64,000 bases of DNA from an uncultured Desulfatitalea sp. (GCA_963668675.2 CAXXMB010000002.1:2720001-2784000), one strand, 5' to 3'. Positions 29,975 through 39,923 are shown, counted from the stretch's first letter. The notes: generated by a model from the letters alone, not told the origin. Numbers and translations: made by a program.

Positions 29975-30330
29975 GTAGCTCTAATGCATAGCGGTCTCCC
30001 TCGATTTTTTTGTAAGCAGAAGAAAATTAATGGGTTCTCACTTCACGGGGAAAATATCCTTGATTCGATGCATATGGCACTTCGTATAGCGTGTTACGAT
30101 TTCGAACTTTCGGGTGTCATTTTCGTAACTCGAAAGGCTGCTGTTTGTAATCGGAGAAGACGTGAGACGATACGTCGCGATCGTAATCTCCGCCTGCTCC
30201 GAAACAGGGCGCAATCTCTATCTGAGAAAGTGTACTTCTTTGTCCCGGCTATTGCCGGCCGGTTCCAAGTACATTTCTATCCATCAAATTTTAAGGACAG
30301 TTGATTGTTCGTGGGAAATCGCTTCGCCGA

Positions 30331-30346
30331 AGGCACCATAATTGCG
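30331..30346 (+). promoter_or_regulatory. sigma54 promoter of the beta-helix lipoprotein gene
   Basis: AGGCACCATAATTGCG (GGCAC-N5-TTGC), ending about 35 bp before the ATG at 30382. Confidence 0.65.
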
Positions 30347-30381
30347 TACCAGGTGAGGCGGGGCGAAACGATGAGGGAGCT

Positions 30382-31881
30382 ATGGCATTTTTGAATATAG
30401 TTAAATACGCGCTTTGTAAACCCCTTTTGCCTTTAATGGTGGTATTGTTCCTGATCGGTTGCGGCGGTACGGCATCCGATACCGGTGACGGGGGAGCAGA
30501 GGCGCAGGAGGATTCGACGCCGGCCGGCGATCCGGTTCCAGGATCGTCCGAACCGATCGCATGTGATGAGGGCGATGCCGGAGTTGCCGGCAACACTTTC
30601 TATCTCGACCCGGTTTCGGGCAGCAACGATAATGACGGCTCGGTGGGAAGTCCCTGGGGCAGTTTGCAGTCGGTGGTCGAGGCGGGCATGATCGAGACGC
30701 GCGCATATGCCGACCTTCCCTATGACGGTGACAACGATCTGGTAGCCCAAAACCCGGGGGCGCCTGTCAAGGCCGGCGATACGCTGGTGCTGCTCGACGG
30801 TTTTCACGGGGAGTGCTATCTTCGCGGTGCCTACAACGAATATCCCATCACGATCAGCGCGGCCGTCGGGCAACGGCCCATGCTTTCGCGGGTTTTTATC
30901 TCGGCGGCCGCCAATTGGCACTTCAGGGGGTTGACGGTCTCTCCTTCCACTGCCGCGACTTATGAAACCCGCACCTTGGTGCAGATCGAATCTCATGGCT
31001 GGCATGGCCCGGCCTCTCACATCGTGGTCGAAGATTGTGACCTCTACTCCGTGTCTGACACCTCCGCCTGGAGCGCGGACGATTGGAACACATTGGCCTG
31101 CAGCGCCATATCGGCCTCCGGCGACTGCATGACCATCCGTGGTAATTACTGCAAGAATGTCAACTTCGGGATCTCACTCAGCGGCAACGGCGGCGTGGTG
31201 AACGGCAACACCGTCGAGAATTTCAGTGGCGACGGTATGCGCGGACTGGGCAATGACCTGGTTTTCGAGTACAATCTGGTGAAGAACTGTTATGCGGTCA
31301 ACGCCAACCACGACGATGGGTTCCAGTCGTGGTCCATCAACGACGATCCGCCCCGGGAGCGCGTCGTGCTGCGCGGCAACACCTTTATCAACTATGAAGA
31401 TCCCAACCAGCCGTTCCGCGGCACCCTGCAGGGGATCGGCTGCTTCGACGGCTTCTACGTCGACTGGGTGGTCGAGAACAACCTGGTGATCACCGACCAC
31501 TGGCACGGCATCTCCCTGTATGGCGCCGTCAACTGCCGTATCGTCAACAACACCGTGGTGGACCGCAACGACGAGAGTCCCGGCCCGCCCTGGATTCGCG
31601 TCAATCCCCATAAAGACGGCACACCGAGTGAAGGGTGTTTGATCCGCAACAATATTGTCCCGAGTGTCGTTGCCACCGGCGATACGGTAGCGGATCACAA
31701 TCATCTTCTGACCGCAGGTGACGATCTTTTTGTGGATCCCGACTATTTCGACTTTCACCTGCGCGCCGATGCGACGGCGGTTATCGATGTCGGTAGCGCC
31801 GATCTGGCACCCTCCGAGGACCACGATGGCATCATTCGCCCGCAAGGCGCCGGGATCGATCTGGGCTGCTACGAACGGTAA
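30382..31881 (+). CDS. Lipoprotein with right-handed parallel beta-helix (pectate-lyase-like fold)
   Basis: Lipobox LIG-C, acidic linker, FYLDPVSG.NDNDGS...PW, repeated I..N strands, NHDDGFQ, and C-terminal DFHL...IDVG...D.DG..RPQG...DLGCYE. Confidence 0.88.
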   Translation: MAFLNIVKYALCKPLLPLMVVLFLIGCGGTASDTGDGGAEAQEDSTPAGDPVPGSSEPIACDEGDAGVAGNTFYLDPVSGSNDNDGSVGSPWGSLQSVVEAGMIETRAYADLPYDGDNDLVAQNPGAPVKAGDTLVLLDGFHGECYLRGAYNEYPITISAAVGQRPMLSRVFISAAANWHFRGLTVSPSTAATYETRTLVQIESHGWHGPASHIVVEDCDLYSVSDTSAWSADDWNTLACSAISASGDCMTIRGNYCKNVNFGISLSGNGGVVNGNTVENFSGDGMRGLGNDLVFEYNLVKNCYAVNANHDDGFQSWSINDDPPRERVVLRGNTFINYEDPNQPFRGTLQGIGCFDGFYVDWVVENNLVITDHWHGISLYGAVNCRIVNNTVVDRNDESPGPPWIRVNPHKDGTPSEGCLIRNNIVPSVVATGDTVADHNHLLTAGDDLFVDPDYFDFHLRADATAVIDVGSADLAPSEDHDGIIRPQGAGIDLGCYER

Positions 31882-31905
31882 GGGGCGAGCAGCTGGCCCG
31901 GGTGG

Positions 31906-32382
31906 TTATCGATTTTGTGCAGATGTAGGAGACGTCTTGCCCCATGGGTAGGGCGTCGGCTGTCCCGGGCGATTGATCTGCTCCGGCCCCTTCACACCGA
32001 TCGGATCGGTTGCTTTCGGGAGATCCTCTCTCTTCTCCTGATCCGTTTCAGCAGCCGCAATGGCATGAAACGTTTTCTGCGGCTCAAGTCTCAGATCCGT
32101 TGGCGCCTGGGGGACTTTAAACTGAAACGGCATTTTAAGCGTGATCAGATCCGATTCATTGCCCACTTCGTCGATGGCGGCAATACCGATCTCGACGGGG
32201 CCGTCAACATCGGCCAGGGCTTTTACATCTTCGGGCAACACGACTTCGGTGACATTGCCCAGTTTGACGCTGTTCGAGTTGTAGCTCACACCGCCGTCCG
32301 CGGACCAATAGAGTTTGTACCCGACCACCTGAGTCGATGGTGATGCGTTCCATCGCAGCGTGCGCTTCTTGATTTTGGCCAT
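31906..32382 (-). CDS. FN3-like protein without signal peptide; basic N-terminus, Pro-rich disordered tail
   Basis: MAKIKKRTLRWNAS...VVGYKLYW...IGIAAIDEVGNESD...PQAPTDL. AGGAGG RBS. Confidence 0.8.
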   Translation of the reverse strand: MAKIKKRTLRWNASPSTQVVGYKLYWSADGGVSYNSNSVKLGNVTEVVLPEDVKALADVDGPVEIGIAAIDEVGNESDLITLKMPFQFKVPQAPTDLRLEPQKTFHAIAAAETDQEKREDLPKATDPIGVKGPEQINRPGQPTPYPWGKTSPTSAQNR

Positions 32383-32471
32383 TTGGCACCTCCTGTCGTA
32401 TGCTGTTGGACCGATGACGCGGGGGTCATCGGTCCGTGGGATTGTCGTCGTCCGATGATCCGGACGTCGAA

Positions 32472-33224
32472 TCAGGCCAGGGAGTTTTGCCACGTCGGCG
32501 GCATGTAGGACTGTTCGTCAAACGACTGCATCATCTCCGGGTCGCTCTCTTCCATCGGCTCTTCCTCGCGGAGAGGTTCATCCGCCATAACCGCCACGGG
32601 GGGCGCGGCTTCTATCAGTTCTTCGCAGAGGGCTTCCACCTCTTCGGCGGCTTTGCTGCCCGGTGAATACTGTGTCACGGAGACACCATGCTTCATGGCA
32701 TCGATAAAGGCGACGCGCTGACTGAGCTCGCCCTTCATGATCTTTTCTCCGAAAACGGAGAGTTCATCGCTGATCTCACGAGCCACACGCGTGCCGGGGA
32801 TCTTCTTGGTGACCAGGAAGTGAACCGACAGATCGGGGTTGCCTTGCCGGCTCTCCTGGATCATCTCCAGGGTTCCTTTGCAGGACCAGATGTCCAAAGA
32901 GCTCGGGCTGACCGGGATGATGGCCAAATCGGATAGCGCAAGGATGTTGCGGGTGGTGCCGGATCTGCCCGGCGGTGAATCGATGATCAGATAATCGCAG
33001 CTCTCTGCAAGGAGTTTAACTTCTTCTCTTTTGACGGCTTCAGACAGTTCGATCATTTCAAACGCCTGGTTGTTCTCTACCGCCTGCCAACGGGTGGCAC
33101 TTCCCTGGGGGTCTGCATCGACAAGCACGACGCTGTAGTTTTTCCGTGCCAGACTCGCTGCCAGGTTGATTGCCGTTGTGGTCTTTCCGACACCGCCTTT
33201 CTGATTGACAAAACTGATAATCAT
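32472..33224 (-). CDS. Orphan ParA/ParF-type ATPase with acidic C-terminal extension
   Basis: [24 protein letters not shown] and IIPVSPS. No parB is adjacent. Confidence 0.92.
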   Translation of the reverse strand: MIISFVNQKGGVGKTTTAINLAASLARKNYSVVLVDADPQGSATRWQAVENNQAFEMIELSEAVKREEVKLLAESCDYLIIDSPPGRSGTTRNILALSDLAIIPVSPSSLDIWSCKGTLEMIQESRQGNPDLSVHFLVTKKIPGTRVAREISDELSVFGEKIMKGELSQRVAFIDAMKHGVSVTQYSPGSKAAEEVEALCEELIEAAPPVAVMADEPLREEEPMEESDPEMMQSFDEQSYMPPTWQNSLA

Positions 33225-33561
33225 CCTCGGTCATCCTCCTATCCTGTAGGGTTGGCAGATCAACTGATTCCCGTTCCAATATTCCGCACGATGCGAATAT
33301 GTGCTGTATAGGCAGAGGCATGGCGATGAACGCTTCGATGCTGCACATCAATCCTTCATCGCTCGCTTTGAGAAATTCGGCCGATGCTTCCGTTTGTCCG
33401 AACATTCAGAGCTGATACAACTTTTACGTTCCCATCGGGCGAAAGTCAAGCCACAACCACATGATATGGGCATTAAATCCATTAATAGGCCTATATATAG
33501 TAGGCTTATGCGAGGAGTTGATGAGGTGGGATGGAAGTAAAAATGAATTTAAAAATGGTTT

Positions 33562-33960
33562 CTAATCGTCCAGGCAGTAGCACATTTTGTCGGGTATCAC
33601 GCCCCTTACGCCGCCGGTGGGGTTGGGTGTGTCGCCGTCCCGGCGTGGAATGAGATGGATGTGGGCATGGAAGATCGTCTGCCCAGCAGAGGTGCCGCAG
33701 TTCATGCCGATGTTAAAGCCGGTGATGGTGGGGTCGGACGCGTGGAGCTTCTCCTTGAGCCTTCGCAGCAACTGCTCGGCATCCCGGCACTCCGCTTCGG
33801 TCATGGAGAACCAGTCGGCGGTGTGCCGCTTGGGGATGATCAGATGATGCCCCTCAGAGACCGGGAAGCGATCCGCCATGGCCCAGACCGATCGGTATTC
33901 CGCTGCAATCCGATTTTTGATGTCGGCCGCACAGAAGCGGCAATTCCCTTCAGAGCTCAA
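33562..33960 (-). CDS. HIT family hydrolase
   Basis: CRFC, D.FPVSEGH.LIIPKRH and AGQTIFHAHIHLIPRR. Probable TTG start overlapping the upstream stop. Confidence 0.92.
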   Translation of the reverse strand: MSSEGNCRFCAADIKNRIAAEYRSVWAMADRFPVSEGHHLIIPKRHTADWFSMTEAECRDAEQLLRRLKEKLHASDPTITGFNIGMNCGTSAGQTIFHAHIHLIPRRDGDTPNPTGGVRGVIPDKMCYCLDD

Positions 33961-34369
33961 TTTCTCCCCCCTGCAGCTTATCGACGAATGGCATGTCCGC
34001 CGGTGAAAAATCGTATCGGCCCAGCTCCCTGATTCCCACCCAGGCAAAAGCGTCATGGGCTCTCAGCGTGATCTCCCCCGATTGCCACGTTGTCCTGTAA
34101 GCCAGCAACTCGACGGAAATATGAGGGTAGTGGAAGACGTTAACCCCCACTCGTTCGGCCACCGCCACTTGGATGTTGAACTCTTCGCGCATCTCACGCA
34201 TCAGGCAGGCCTCTGGTGGCTCCAACCCCTGGATTTTTCCGCCCGGAAACTCCCACTTTCCTGCCAAAGGGTCGCCGGCCGGTCTTCTGGCAACAAACAG
34301 TTTCCCGTCGTTTGCCATGATGGCCGCCGTGACGCGCGTTAACGGCTTATCTTCCGCTTTTTTTTTCAT
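33950..34369 (-). CDS. MutT/NudG-like NUDIX hydrolase
   Basis: GKWEFPGGK...EACLMREMREEF and F.PAD.P. Confidence 0.92.
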   Translation of the reverse strand: MKKKAEDKPLTRVTAAIMANDGKLFVARRPAGDPLAGKWEFPGGKIQGLEPPEACLMREMREEFNIQVAVAERVGVNVFHYPHISVELLAYRTTWQSGEITLRAHDAFAWVGIRELGRYDFSPADMPFVDKLQGGEIEL

Positions 34370-34589
34370 TCGGTTCTTACGCTCAGGGTTCGATTGCGGG
34401 TTTGCCTAACGTTGCGAAAGCCGGGTAAAGATACAAAGAGGGCTCGGTCGTGTCAATGATCGGTGAAAGCTTGATCTCTCGACATCCGGCTCGCCGGCTG
34501 CTATGGTTTCGGAAAAATTCGAATTCTACCTTTTTCGATAGGTTCCCGCGCCGCTGATTGCCTCTTAACCACGGACAAGGAGAAAAAGA

Positions 34590-35246
34590 ATGCCCACCGC
34601 CGCCTCGCAGCAAGCCTTGGAAGGGCTGCGCGATCTAACCACCTTGAAGTGGTATGTCATCCCGATGCTCTCTGTTGTTTTTTACATCTATACCGCTGAA
34701 ATCAAAAAGGCCCGTGCCACTGGCAACTGGAATGCAATCCTGGCCGGACTGACCCTGTTCGGCATGGATTTCATCAACGAAACCTGGAACGGATGGGTCT
34801 TTCATTTCACACAGCACTCCGCCTTCTGGACCGCACCCGGCCCGACGGCGCTGCGCACCATGGTTGGCTGGAACATCGAGATCATGTTCATGTTCGCCAT
34901 TGCCGGCATCATCTATTACAACACCCTGTCGGGAGATCGCCACGCCCGTATCCTGGGGCTCCCCGATCGCTGGTTCTGGGCCATCGGGTACGCCGCCTTC
35001 TGCGTGTTCGTCGAGTGCCTGCTCAACATGGGAGGATTGCTGGTGTGGGAATATCCCTGGTGGACGCGTTCCCTCGCAGGTGTCGGTTTGATTTTCCTGT
35101 TCGGCTACTTTCATTTCTATGTGGCCATTATCATCATGTTGTCATTGAAATCCCTGCGCGCCAAGATCTGGATGGTTGCTTCTTTGTACATCGTGGCTGC
35201 CGTCGCCAATATTATTGGATTGGGTGCAATGGGTTGGGTTTACTAG
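34590..35246 (+). CDS. Multi-pass membrane protein with intramembrane Asp/Glu residues
   Basis: About 6-7 hydrophobic segments, with DFINE, GWNIE and VFVE. AAGGAG RBS. Confidence 0.8.
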   Translation: MPTAASQQALEGLRDLTTLKWYVIPMLSVVFYIYTAEIKKARATGNWNAILAGLTLFGMDFINETWNGWVFHFTQHSAFWTAPGPTALRTMVGWNIEIMFMFAIAGIIYYNTLSGDRHARILGLPDRWFWAIGYAAFCVFVECLLNMGGLLVWEYPWWTRSLAGVGLIFLFGYFHFYVAIIIMLSLKSLRAKIWMVASLYIVAAVANIIGLGAMGWVY

Positions 35247-35283
35247 TCAGTCAGTTGAATTTTCAATTCAGGAGGATACGGCG

Positions 35284-36306
35284 ATGCAATATACCAAATT
35301 GGGTCATACCGGATTGCAGGTGTCACGGATATGCCTGGGCATGATGACCTATGGCAGTTCCAAGTGGCGCGAATGGGTACTGGATGAAGCGGATACCCGA
35401 CCGATTTTCAAGCGGGCCGTCGAATTGGGGATCAACTTTTTCGATACGGCCGACATGTATTCCGGAGGGATCTCCGAAGAGGTGACCGGCAAACTGTTGC
35501 GTGAGTTCACCCGCCGGGACGAGGTGGTGGTTGCCACCAAAGTCTTCTTCCCCGTGGATCTGGCCTTTGCCGGCAGCTTCGGAAAAACCGCCCCCCAGCC
35601 GCCCAACACCAGCGGTTTGTCACGCAAGCGGATTTTTGCGGCCGTGGATGCTTCACTCCAAAGACTCGGCCTCGACTACATTGACCTCTACCAGATCCAT
35701 CGCTGGGACAACACCACCCCCATCGAAGAGACGATGGAGGCCCTGCACGATGTGGTCAAATCGGGCAAGGTGCGCTACATCGGTGCGTCGAGCATGTGGG
35801 CCTGGCAGTTCGCCAAGGCCCAACACATCGCCCGGACCCATGGATGGACGCCGTTTGTCTCCATGCAGAACCACTACAACTTGGTCTACCGGGAGGAGGA
35901 GCGTGAAATGATTCCCCTCTGTCGGGACATGGGTGTGGCATTGATTCCATGGAGTCCCCTGGCCCGGGGATTTCTGGCCGGCAACCGCACTCCCGAGGAC
36001 AAAGAGGCCGGCAACACAACGCGCTCCAAAACCGACGGGTTTGCACAGTACCTCTACTACCGTGAAGAGGACTTCGAGGTGGTCGAACAGGTGGGCCAAT
36101 TGGCGGCCGAAAGAGACGAAACCAATGCCCGTATCGCATACGCCTGGCTGCTTCATCAAAAGGGGTTGGCCGCTCCCATTGTCGGAGCCAGCAAAATAAA
36201 CCACATCGAAGAGGCTGTGGCGGCCGTAGAGGTCAAACTAAGTGAAGAGGAGATAAAGCGGCTCGAGGCACCGTACAAACCCCATCCGGTGCTCGGGCAC
36301 GCCTGA
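35284..36306 (+). CDS. Aldo/keto reductase (YajO-like)
   Basis: GINFFDTADMY, VVATK, DYIDLYQIHR, YIGASS and PWSPLARG. Confidence 0.95.
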   Translation: MQYTKLGHTGLQVSRICLGMMTYGSSKWREWVLDEADTRPIFKRAVELGINFFDTADMYSGGISEEVTGKLLREFTRRDEVVVATKVFFPVDLAFAGSFGKTAPQPPNTSGLSRKRIFAAVDASLQRLGLDYIDLYQIHRWDNTTPIEETMEALHDVVKSGKVRYIGASSMWAWQFAKAQHIARTHGWTPFVSMQNHYNLVYREEEREMIPLCRDMGVALIPWSPLARGFLAGNRTPEDKEAGNTTRSKTDGFAQYLYYREEDFEVVEQVGQLAAERDETNARIAYAWLLHQKGLAAPIVGASKINHIEEAVAAVEVKLSEEEIKRLEAPYKPHPVLGHA

Positions 36307-36351
36307 TCGCCGCATCAATGGCCAGCTGCCTGATATGAAGGGAGAACGGAT

Positions 36352-36843
36352 ATGGCGAATGCAAGTTGCAGATATGCCTATACCCTCTTGACAACTTTAC
36401 TGACGCTAATTCTCTTTATGGGATGCTATCCCAAGGGCGTGGGGCCTCTCGGCCCGGACGGGGACGCATTGACCTGGTCTGAAATGAATATCGAACAGCG
36501 TAAAACGCACATGAAGTCGGTCGTCCTGCCACGGGCGGCCGCTGTGTTTCGAACCTGGCGCCCGGATCGCTATGCTACCATTGAGTGCAATCTATGCCAC
36601 GGTATCGGTGTCCACTACGGCAATTTTCGCATGCCTTCCGACCACCTCCCTCGGCTCAGCGGGGATTTGCTCCTCACAACCGAGCGCAACAAATACCCAA
36701 AGACCACTCAGTTGAAATTGGATCGCCTGGTGCCGGAAATGGCGGACGCCCTCGGATTCAAAAGCTTCAGCCTGATTACCCGAAGGGGCTTCGGCTGTTA
36801 CTCCTGCCATCTGGGGCCGCAGGGTCCCATGTATGGGAATTAG
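36352..36843 (+). CDS. Putative diheme c-type cytochrome lipoprotein
   Basis: Lipobox FMG-C and two CxxCH motifs (CNLCH, CYSCH). Confidence 0.8.
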   Translation: MANASCRYAYTLLTTLLTLILFMGCYPKGVGPLGPDGDALTWSEMNIEQRKTHMKSVVLPRAAAVFRTWRPDRYATIECNLCHGIGVHYGNFRMPSDHLPRLSGDLLLTTERNKYPKTTQLKLDRLVPEMADALGFKSFSLITRRGFGCYSCHLGPQGPMYGN

Positions 36844-36983
36844 TGGTACCGATTGTTTATCCGGCGTAATGTTGGAGCGACGCTTTGGCCAGCGGGCAAG
36901 ATGCCGATCAAGGGCCTTGCCCATCTTGTTAGATCAATTGACCGTTCCTTTACCACATGTATCGATCCGAAGGAGGCACCCCG

Positions 36984-37139
36984 ATGTCATTAAAAACACA
37001 ACTTTTGATCTACCTGCTGGCCATGGCTCTTTTTGACGTGATCATTCCGATCCCCATAACAGCCATGGCCCTGATCTTTGTGCTTTATCAGAAGCCGAGG
37101 TGGTTCAAGGAGTGGGTCGATACCGTATACAGGGACTGA
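36984..37139 (+). CDS. Small membrane protein (51 aa)
   Basis: AAGGAGG RBS, then a hydrophobic hairpin with D.IIPIP followed by KPRWF. Confidence 0.7.
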   Translation: MSLKTQLLIYLLAMALFDVIIPIPITAMALIFVLYQKPRWFKEWVDTVYRD

Positions 37140-37334
37140 GAGCCGTTCGGCCCCATTTCCATGAGCAGGTTCAAGAATAGTTAGCGATTCATGCACTGCT
37201 ATATGGTTGCTTATCCCCTATTGCATTTTTCCTGATCGGTATACTTGACTTGATCCAATCTCATCCGGTTCTAACAATTCGAATATACCGTTTAATTTTG
37301 TGAGTAATAGATCTGCCTAAAAGGAGAAAGCGCC

Positions 37335-37931
37335 ATGCAACGTATCGATCTGCTTCCCGAAAAGAAAATCTCCGGTACAGGACCTATGGCAGTCGCTTTC
37401 CAGGAGCGCGGGATTCAGCGTTTTCAGGCCGCCTGTGAGTATGTGCACCGCATGCCCTACGGCTATAACTCGGACCGCGACGACGTGATGGTTCTGTTCA
37501 AGGAGGGCAAGGGGAGCTGTGCCACCAAGCATGCCGTCATCGCCACCCTGGCCTCTGAAATAGGGCTTTCAGTGGTCAAGCGTATCGGCATCTATGCCAT
37601 GACCGAGTCCCTGGTGACAGGGGCGGAGGCGATTCTGGAGCGGTATGGGCTGCCCTATGTCCCAATGCTTCATTGCTTTTTGGCGTTCGGCGATGCCTTC
37701 GTTGATCTGACCGCCGGCAACCATAACGGAAAGAACCGAAGCATCGACGTGTTCCTGCATACCGAAGCGGTCCCGCCCAATATCTCCGCCAAGGAGGAGT
37801 ATCTGCGCTACCGCACTGCCCTTAAATCGCTGCTCGAAAGCCGCGAGGAGTTGAAGGGGATCAAGATGAGTACAATCCTCAAGGCCCGGGAAGAGGGGAT
37901 TGTTTTGCTCAGGGCCAATATCGGCGAGTAG
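37335..37931 (+). CDS. Transglutaminase-like/papain-fold protein
   Basis: Candidate Cys-His-Asp triad GSCATKH / HCFL / VDLT. AAGGAG RBS. Confidence 0.7.
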   Translation: MQRIDLLPEKKISGTGPMAVAFQERGIQRFQAACEYVHRMPYGYNSDRDDVMVLFKEGKGSCATKHAVIATLASEIGLSVVKRIGIYAMTESLVTGAEAILERYGLPYVPMLHCFLAFGDAFVDLTAGNHNGKNRSIDVFLHTEAVPPNISAKEEYLRYRTALKSLLESREELKGIKMSTILKAREEGIVLLRANIGE

Positions 37932-37990
37932 GTCAGACCACCCACTGGACCCTCCTCCTTGAGTGGATCTATCGAAACCCGAATGTTGAG

Positions 37991-39682
37991 TCAGCTATTT
38001 GTCAGGTCTTCGGCGAGTTCATTGATGTAGACTTCGATGGCCGTGTAGCCCGACGGCATGACGGTGTTGAAGTCATCAGCGCCGGTGGGATCGAGGCCGT
38101 GGGCCAGCTCCCATGCGTCGGCCATGCCGTCGTTATCACAATCCTGGGGAGCGGGTGCCGGGACGAGGCCCTCCATGTAGTCGCCGGGTTCATAGGCGCC
38201 CCATGTGCCGGTGCCGTCGGTGGTCTCCTGGATGGCCCGTCGGGTGACGGTGTCGCGGGGGAATGCGCCTGCACGCTCCATCACCCGGCCGAATACCTCT
38301 CCCGAGGGGTGCACCGTGGTTTCGGCATAATAGGCGGATCGGCCGCTGAAGTCGAACATGCTGTTGGATCGGTACGATTCGCCCAGGTTGAGGTTTTGGG
38401 AGCACTCGCTCCAGGGGTTGTCCACCACGCCGTCGCAACTGCTGGAAGGGTCATCGATGAAATTGTCGGCCAGAAAGTATGACAGATCAGGGGCGCTGCC
38501 GTTGTCTTCATCATCGAAGTAGAACGGTATCAGCGTGTCGTCGGCCCCATCGATGTAGTGATTGCCGACGATGTTGAACTGCCCCGACGCCGGGTTGTGG
38601 TGCACGAAACCGTGGCGCACGTTGTAGACCACATTGTTGATCACCTCGGAAGGTCCGTTGGCGATTGCCGGGCAGCGGTTGCGGTGATGGGCAAAAAGGT
38701 TGTGGTGCACCGACACGCGCGTACCGGATGGGCCGCTGATCAGGCCGTAGTTGTGCAGTCCTTCCGGATGGCCAGTGGTGCCGGACATCTCGATGGTCGA
38801 CCACTGCAGTGTGACATCCTGAGCTTCGTAGATATCGATCGTTTCGTCCACTCCGAACGCGACGGAGATGTGGTCGAAGATCAACCGGCGGTTTCTGGAG
38901 AACTGGATGCCATCGAACTGCTCGCCGTCGGAGTCGTCATAGGCCGGGCGGATGCGCAGATGGCGGATGATCATGTTGTCGACGCCGTATTGGTAAGCGC
39001 CATATAGGCGACCTTTGATGGTGATGCCGCCCCCCGGAGCCGTTTGGCCGGCGATGGTTACATCGCCGTAGGGGATGCGGACGATATCGGCCTCGATCAC
39101 CCCGCTGACGGCAAAGACTATGGTGCGCGGCGCTTTGACATTGAGGGCCTCCTGGAGAGAGCCGGGGCCGTCGGCCGCCAGACTGGTCACCTTAATGATC
39201 TGCCCACCGCGACCGCCAGTGGCGTAGGCGCCGAATCCCTCGGCTCCCGGAAAGGCTTTCAATCCATTGGTTTGGGCTGCCGACGTTGCCGCCGTGACGC
39301 TGTCGGATCGCTCACTCTCATTGCCGGCGGCATCGTAGGCCGTCACCTCGTAGGTGTAGGCCGTATCGGCCGTCAGGCCGGTGTCCGAATAGGTCGCGGT
39401 TCCCAAGTCTACCAGCGCCGATCCGTTGCGATAGATGGTGTAGCCCACCACCGCCCGATCATCGGCGGCGGCATCCCACGCCAGATTGATCTGAGACGAG
39501 CTGACCGCTTCGGCCCCAAGGTTCAGGGGGGCGGAGGGCGCCTGAACGTCCTCTGTATCAACGATACCTCCTCCTCCCGCATCATCGGCCGGTGCGGTTG
39601 CATCGCTGCCACATCCCATAACGGTCGCGGAAAAGAGAAACAGAAGCAGCGCCAATCCAAAAAGAGACCTTCTTGTCGGCAT
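37991..39682 (-). CDS. Lipoprotein: FN3 domain plus PL1-type pectate lyase domain
   Basis: Lipobox VMG-C, FN3, AFPGAEGFG...GGRGG, GPGSL, TIAGQTAPG, FDH.S...DE, HHNLFAH..NR.P and D.DNDGM.DAWE. Start uncertain (39682 or 39751). Confidence 0.9.
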   Translation of the reverse strand: MPTRRSLFGLALLLFLFSATVMGCGSDATAPADDAGGGGIVDTEDVQAPSAPLNLGAEAVSSSQINLAWDAAADDRAVVGYTIYRNGSALVDLGTATYSDTGLTADTAYTYEVTAYDAAGNESERSDSVTAATSAAQTNGLKAFPGAEGFGAYATGGRGGQIIKVTSLAADGPGSLQEALNVKAPRTIVFAVSGVIEADIVRIPYGDVTIAGQTAPGGGITIKGRLYGAYQYGVDNMIIRHLRIRPAYDDSDGEQFDGIQFSRNRRLIFDHISVAFGVDETIDIYEAQDVTLQWSTIEMSGTTGHPEGLHNYGLISGPSGTRVSVHHNLFAHHRNRCPAIANGPSEVINNVVYNVRHGFVHHNPASGQFNIVGNHYIDGADDTLIPFYFDDEDNGSAPDLSYFLADNFIDDPSSSCDGVVDNPWSECSQNLNLGESYRSNSMFDFSGRSAYYAETTVHPSGEVFGRVMERAGAFPRDTVTRRAIQETTDGTGTWGAYEPGDYMEGLVPAPAPQDCDNDGMADAWELAHGLDPTGADDFNTVMPSGYTAIEVYINELAEDLTNS

Positions 39683-39833
39683 CCAAGCGTGTGTCTTCAA
39701 CGGTGCACACGTTGCGTTTTGTTGTACGTTTTTTTCCCGTCGTGTAAGCATGAAATCCGTCGTCCAATAGTCTGATATTCTTTAAATACAGATCTATAAT
39801 TCCGAATTCGGCTGAGCTTTGCCGGAAAGTTGA

Positions 39834-39850
39834 CGCAAAAATTGTACCAA
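39834..39850 (-). promoter_or_regulatory. sigma54 promoter of the FN3-PL1 lipoprotein gene
   Basis: Minus strand TTGGTACAATTTTTGCG (TGGTAC-N5-TTGC). Confidence 0.6.
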
Positions 39851-39923
39851 AGGTGCCGCCGCGCCAATGATATTGTCCTCGCGCAACTGATTCCTGGTTT
39901 AGTTATCGGCTTCGCGGCTTTTA

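Noticed and set aside
29891..30304. 137-aa ORF between the divergent sigma54 promoters
   Set aside because: It overlaps promoter and enhancer-like DNA and is not protein-like.
33290..33308. sigma54-like motif upstream of parA (CAGCACATATTCGCA)
   Set aside because: Lacks the invariant GG at -24.
33562..34369. MutT plus HIT pair as part of a defence island
   Set aside because: No helicase, nuclease or methylase is adjacent; nucleotide housekeeping explains the pair.
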